DNA of 57,277 bases from Asterionella formosa (Eukaryota): NCBI GenBank assembly GCA_002256025.1, contig NKIB01013446.1, positions 1 to 57,277 on the forward strand. Direction: 5' to 3'. Position 1 is the stretch's first letter, and every line of letters begins with the position of its first letter. The notes under the pieces were generated by a model, which was not told the origin of the DNA, made no database searches, and saw only the letters and a list, made by a program, of their open reading frames with translations. The position numbers were made by a program, and so were the translations under genes. This document shows, in pieces, positions 51,160 through 57,277 of this stretch.

Positions 51160-52909
51160 TATTTTAAGTTGAGTCCATTTGCTAAAACGTTAAATAGTTC
51201 CTTAGTACTTAAATCCAAAGTTACAATTCTTCGGAACCTTTTTTTCCTTGATCATCTGAATTTATCAAATTTTTTCCAGGCGTTTTTATCTGGCCAGCTG
51301 GCGCTAAAAGGTTATTGTTTGTTACTTTGATTTCTTAACAGCTGCGAAGTCGGGAAATATCTGTTGGTTTTGGGAATGTGTACACGAAAAGGCAAAATTT
51401 TCACGGCAAGCAATTTGCAGGTACCTGGTACCAGGCATACGCTCGTTGCTCGAACACCAGTACTTAGGTACATAGGACCTCCCAATTTTATTGATAGACT
51501 TTATATATAATGGAAACTCTTGAAATTTATTCTTGCACAGAGGCAGAACGCAAGTCGATGAGGTTCCTACCGATGACTGCGTGTTGCTAATTGCAAACTA
51601 AAGAGCTATACTGAGATGTTGTAATGACTGATCGAATATTTGTCATCCCCCTTGAGGAGGAGTTTAACCTTTTGCGGTGGTGGAGTTTCAAGTAACTAAG
51701 TCAATGAATTGATTGTTCACGCTTGCACTTTGTTTATGCTGACGTGATTGACCCTTCGCATGGGGATGTTCAATGGAAAATGCATCCCTTAGCCCGGAAT
51801 TTGTTTTCTGAGGCAGCAGCTGTGACCAGGTGCTGGCGAGCGAAGAATTGATTACTTGGGGGCCAAAACCGAGACATAGGCGCTTTTTGAGCCATGAGCT
51901 ATCAGCGCCCTGGTCTGGCACTCAATCGTTCCACGGTCCTGAATTCCGCCAGGAAATTACGCTCGGGGTAAAACGAAAGAAAAAATATCGTTGCCTCGTG
52001 AGCGTACACATCATGAGGTGCATGGCTCGAAGACATTACGGTTCTGTCTTAGCACGTTCATGTGTCCGCAATGCGAAGGACTTGCCTTTGTGGAAGTTGC
52101 CTCGAGCGACTTGACAAGCACCCCAGTCTTTTTATTGTTGAGGTAATGGGAAAGCCTCCCACGATCAACATCAAACCGTTCACTTCTCAAAGCGGGACAC
52201 AAAGACAGCTGAAGAATCGTAGACTTTGTGCAAAACATAGGGAAAGGACATGGGAACTTTGGTGGTTTCTTTTTGATTACTCAAATGTCCGGTCAGCACA
52301 ACACGATGAAAGGAAGAACTGGTGTGCCAAAAGAAACCAAGGCACGACATAATTCTTCTGCGTGCATTCAATATTCGTTATTGGATATTCTATTTTGCTA
52401 GTGTTCTTCTCCTTTCACGACGGAAACCCAACAAATATCCCGAAAAGAACAAAGCTATTCAAACAGACACTGCTGTGATAATACCTCCATCGATGAATCC
52501 CATTGAGCAAAAGGTAGCCGGTCCATCGATTTGATTCCTCTTAAAAATGCAAGCACTCTGATTGTGCGTCTTATTGTAGACATTGAATATTCAGGACAGC
52601 GGCATGTCGGCTTTTACCTGGAAATAAGTAGCTTTCCATGTAGTGCCTATCGCGATAACTACTCGAACTTAGGTTGATATTATCGAAAACTGGTTGCACA
52701 ACCTTGGAATCGCGAGGATTAGATTAGTAGCTGTACTTGAGCTCAAAGAATTAGAACGTTCAGTCAGCGAAACTACTCGAAACGCTGCACTATCCACTCT
52801 CACAGACATATGCATTTAAACTCTCAAACATGCAGGGTTGAAGATAAATGTTATGGATTTTTGCCTTCGAGCCAATGCAAAGTTGAGAACTAGATGGTGA
52901 TATCGTGCT

Positions 52910-53225
52910 GAGGGAATGGCTTTGTGGTTAAGCATGCTGCCTTTGATCTGAGGTTGTGTGGTTCGATTCCTGCAATCTTTTTGAGAAGCAATTGTTGGGT
53001 TCAACTCCCAGACTCCTTACTGCCCCGCACGGTCTTGCCTGGTGTGCAAGAAATAGTGGGTCGCCCCCCTACAAGCAGCTTGTGCCGCCTTCCTAGGCGG
53101 TCGGAGTTTCCCCTGATGCTGCGGCTAACACTATCACCTTTCGCAAAAGGTGGTTTGGGACTTACCTATGCTAAAAAACGAGGGAAGCACAGATCTTGTT
53201 GGCAGCAGTTAGCACAATGAAATAC
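52910..53225 (+). mobile_element. tRNA-derived SINE-like element, copy 2
   Basis: GGGAATGGCTTTGTGGTTAAGC (A box), GGTTCGATTCC (B box), GGGTTCAACTCCC; body homologous to 21398-21710. Confidence 0.75.
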
Positions 53226-54820
53226 TTGCCTAGAAATAGGGGAGTACGAATGAGCTATGAAACATAGTACACTTTAGTTGATATTATGCTAGACATGTAA
53301 GATATTGGAATATTCAACTACACATACTGATATATAATAAAAAAATCACACATGTACACATGGCTAAATGTTTTGGGAGTCGTGAGTAGTGCATGTTCAT
53401 TCTCATGCACGCTATCTGTAATGAAAGAAGAACAAACAGATCAACAGTTCATTACCGCCACAGATCAATGGCATACCTTGCGACTTCATTGGAAACAATA
53501 AGGAAAGGTGAACAGAAGACAGCTATGATAATAATTCAAGGAAATATGTCAGATTCTTCGATTTTTGGGTCAACAATAACTAAATGCGTGCTTTCTCTTG
53601 AAGTGATTCAATACCTGATCATGTGAAATTGGGGGAAAACTTTGATGTGAACAAATGACGGTCGGTATGTGCTGTTGTTAGATCAATTCACTGAAGAAAC
53701 AACTTTTAAAACATAAATAACACGTTTTAATCTATCAGGAACTTTGTATACAAACAAGAGTATATGTAAGTTCTAATCAACAGCGTGTGCACGATTTATT
53801 GATGAATACTTTCTGCGAAATTTGATTCCTACATTACTGTACTGGAATATGCAAAGCAACAGAGCATAAATTTGTGGTGGTAAGTGGCAAAACAATGACT
53901 TGGACTGCATGTTGTAATCTAATTAAAACAAACATAACAAATCATTGATTCCCATTTGTTAATACAGGAGTGAACAAACAAAATGGATCTACTGACACAT
54001 TGCGTTAAGGAAACATGCGAAAAGATTACATCTTTTTTTGGTAAGTGAAGATAGAATGGAACTGGATGTCGTAGCATAAAAAGAATATGACTAACAAGTT
54101 ATTGATTCGCATTTGTAGTGACATTGAATGAACAATATGAAGGCTAATTTAGAACGGAGTATAAAGGCATGGAGAGTGGCAGCCCGCTCCCAGTAACATG
54201 AGTGTTAAACTTCAGAAAAAGGGTACAATGGACAGGGCCATAGATAACAAAAGTAACAGTATCAGAATCGGGTTCTTAGCAGGGAAGCAGACAAGACAAC
54301 GGGCAGTGGGCGGGAGAAAAGGGGGGAACATTGTATAGCAACTCAAGATTTGAAAGCAAAATAAATCGTTTCTAAATATAGTAGCTAGTTAAAACTCAAT
54401 CCGATTCTACTTATTATGAACAGGGACTTTTATTAGAAGTGCGATGGTATTAATGTAGGTACAATATGAATGAATACACATTATAGGATTTCATTAAGCT
54501 AAATCGATGATGGTCTTGTAAATACAATTAGTATATATTGATCATGAGATGAGCAATTGATATTTAAAGAGGAATGACGATTTCGACGTGAATTGTTGTT
54601 ACGCAATCGCTGTATATTGTAGGACAACTTGTTGTTACAGTTATGAGTCTATACCGGTTATTGTTATGGCCATTATTTGAAGGATTTATATGATTGATGA
54701 TTCATTATAGAACTTCTTGATCAAAGATTATAAATAGTGTAGACTTATAAGCAAAATCGAACAAACATATAGTGAAGCTATCATCGTGTCGCAAAATATT
54801 CTGTGCTAGTTATTGTATGA

Positions 54821-56159
54821 AGTTGAAACAGACAAGTCAAACAAATCTTGTTTGTGTCTCCAAATTAGTCCAGTCATGACCTTTTTGGGTCTAGTCATGA
54901 ACATGAGTCAATCTTTAATCATACATGAATCAATCTTTGAATCTTGTCATGAACATGAGTCGATTTACTCATATATGACTTAGTTTTGTTTGTTTGGTTT
55001 GCAAAAAGTTAATTCTATAAGCTCACTTTATTTGGAAATACCAATAGAGTCAGATCTATCCTACAACATTCTCCTAAATTCACCGTAATCCTTCGATCCA
55101 CTGCCTAGCTAGCACCTACGTTGCTGAGTATATACATCGAGATATATATACTATTCTTCAATAAGTCGAACTCCTTTCAGGTTAATCTACGACTTCTCTT
55201 TCAAGTGGTTATGAGCCCAAAACGCTTATACCAGCGCATTCTTCAGTTGGTTTCTCCTGCTCCTTTGCTCCCAGAGCCATTTTCTAAAACCAGTTCATTT
55301 TCTTGTCCCAGTGACAGTGTCAAACTTCTTTCAGCAAACTTCATTGCATATTCTTTCATTGTTACCCAGTATTGCCCCTTGAGACAATTGCCCTGTCCTT
55401 TTTTCTTCTCTCTTTCTTCTTTCAGCAAGCTTCAATGCATTTTCTTTCATTGTTACCCGGCATTGCCCCTTGAGACAATCACCCAGTCCTTTTTTAAAAT
55501 CTCTCTTTCTTTTCTTTATTACCCAGTATTGCCCACTGAGACAATTGCCTGGCCTATTTTTTAATTTTTTCTTCACTCTCTTCTTTTATCACTGCTTTCT
55601 TATCTTTCCCATACACTCCCACTTCCTTGCAATGTCAGTATCCAATACTATTACTACTATTCTACCTACCAAGTTTGGCCAAGTGACCACTGGTACTGTT
55701 GTCAAATGGTACTCTGGTGGTCAACTGAATGATGACTTTACTATCACCAAGAAACCAATGTGGTCTCCTTACCAAATCTGTTCAGACGATTCCAGGGACA
55801 TCAAGACTGCATTTGAGTTTTTTACTCAAAAATGTGAAAAAGTATACAATGGCCCCAATGGTGACCCTATCAACAATCTCACTCTTGCTCAGCTCTGCAC
55901 TCTTATTTACAATGATGCAGAGACCGGCGGTGTGGACACTTTCCTCTATGCCCCTGACAGTTCTGGTAAAGTTTGGTGTATGACCAGACACCATACTTGA
56001 CTTACTTTTGAAGAGACAAAGAAATATGTTGATCATTGTATTGGTCTCAAGACATTCACACCAGACATTGAAACTAAAACTGGAAATCCCACAGCTGATT
56101 CTCTCACCAAGTCACGCCAGATTTTTGATGATCAGGCATTGGATGGCTTATTCTTCCCA
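54821..56159 (+). mobile_element. 3'-truncated Ty1/Copia element: 5' LTR 54821-55206, half-tRNA-iMet PBS, repeat-containing leader, gag start at 55632
   Basis: LTR matches the solo LTR at 13304; GGTTATGAGCCC (55207-55218) is complementary to GGGCTCATAACC, the tRNA-iMet anticodon-arm sequence used by Drosophila copia/Ty5; TTACCCAGTATTGCCC..GAGACAAT repeated three times at 55360-55548; ORF MSVSNT..WYSGG. Confidence 0.8.
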
Positions 56160-56615
56160 CCTCTTGCGTGTGATTGTTTCCTACATTTCCCCAAACCTCC
56201 GAACAGGTCTCCTTCATCTAAGACGCCGTTTACGGCACTTTTTCGAATTTATGTGTAAAGTGACGTATTTATGCTACTTTTTTAAAATATTATGTTACTT
56301 TTCTAAAATATTATGTTACTTTTTTGAAATATTATGCTACTTTTTCCCTAATTTATTCGGGTTAAACAAAAATTTATTTCACTTATCGAATAATTATGTG
56401 ATCACACCAATAATTATGTGTGTTCGTGACAATATATGTTGACCAACTAGCCATCGCAACAGTTTAAAAGCGAAATTATGCTGCTCTGCCGCAATATTAT
56501 GCTGCTTTCACCATATAATGAACGAAAGAGTCGCCAATTCCGATACACTTATTATTTTTTCCGCTCCGACATATCACTTTGATCTGAACTGGCAAAGAAA
56601 AACACATGCAAGAGG
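56160..56615. mobile_element. Possible small TIR element with 21-bp subterminal tandem repeats
   Basis: CCTCTTGCGTGTG (56160-56172) vs CACATGCAAGAGG (56603-56615); TTATG(C/T)TACTTT occurs four times at ~56269-56345. No TSD seen. Confidence 0.4.
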
Positions 56616-56762
56616 AAGATTTACACTGTAGAATTCAGCACACGTAGTAGTAGTAGTTGATGTTGTAGACACATAATTAAGTCATTGTTGATTGTAGAGA
56701 TTACAATAGCCTGCCAGATTGGAAATAAAGCACTGTTGGTCCTCGTTGAGCATCGTTTAGCA

Positions 56763-57277
56763 TTGCATGTCGCCGTAGCTAGTGAGTCAAAATTGAGATG
56801 CGCCGCAATGGCCTTCTCCGTTTCGGAGCAGCTACAAATAGTCTGCAGCAATAAGTCGAGCAAGTACAATATAGAAAAAGAAGGAAAGGATGCTGAGTAG
56901 CTCACAATAAGGAATTGAATCCGTTATTTCGTTAAGAAACAGCTGTTGCATATTTCAACCTTGGATGTCGCCGTAGTGAGTCAAAATTGAGATGTGCCGC
57001 AATGGCCTTCTCCGTTGCGGAGCAGCTACAAATAGTCTACAGCGATAACTCTAGCAAGTACAATATAGAAAAAGAAGGAAAGGATGCTGAGTAGCTGACA
57101 ATAAGGAATTGAATCCGTTATTTCGTTCAGAAACAGCTGTTGCATATTTTAACCTTGCATGTCGCCGTAGTGAGTCAAAATTGAGATGTGCCGCAATGGC
57201 CTTCTCCGTTTCGGAGCAGCTACAAATAGTCTACAGCAATAAGTCGAGCAAGTACAATATAGAAATAGAAGGAAAGG
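56763..57277. repeat. Satellite-like tandem repeat, unit 194-198 bp, running off the window end
   Basis: Units start at 56763, 56961 and 57155 (TTG.ATGTCGCCGTAG..TGAGTCAAAATTGAGATG). Confidence 0.93.

Noticed and set aside
51688..52534. Cluster of short ORFs as a gene
   Set aside because: No motif, no consistent frame and no convincing splice pattern.
52910..52985. Functional tRNA gene (also 21640-21710)
   Set aside because: A and B boxes are present but acceptor and anticodon stems do not pair well, and homology between copies extends 240 bp beyond the tRNA-like part, which favours a SINE.
53075..53135. HDV-like or hammerhead ribozyme in the SINE body
   Set aside because: GCTAA and CTGATG motifs and a hairpin exist, but I could not build the P1/P1.1 pseudoknot or the CUGANGA..GAAA core, and copy 1 differs at these positions.

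Overview
AT-rich eukaryotic genomic DNA, most likely from a diatom (inferred from diatom-type Copia, a CryptonS-like element, bipartite plastid presequences and a short GT-AG intron). Only five host genes are supported: a large PDZ/Zn-finger/PHD/Tudor-like protein, a multi-pass membrane protein, a CAF16/ABCI-type ATPase, a plastid-targeted protein of unknown function and an ATPase-domain-only Hsp70. The rest is a dense, nested graveyard of decayed transposons: three Copia elements plus a solo LTR, one near-complete Gypsy, two PIF/Harbinger relics, a Crypton tyrosine-recombinase element, a plant-type mariner relic, several TA-flanked TIR elements, TTAA-flanked (Kolobok-like) ends, two copies of a tRNA-derived SINE and several tandem repeats. 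The most notable signal is the Copia element at 16723-19727: it has no tRNA primer-binding site, and the 12 nt after its 5' LTR are perfectly complementary to a sequence inside the LTR, the geometry of Tf1-type self-priming. All family assignments come from motif recognition by eye; no database search was run.
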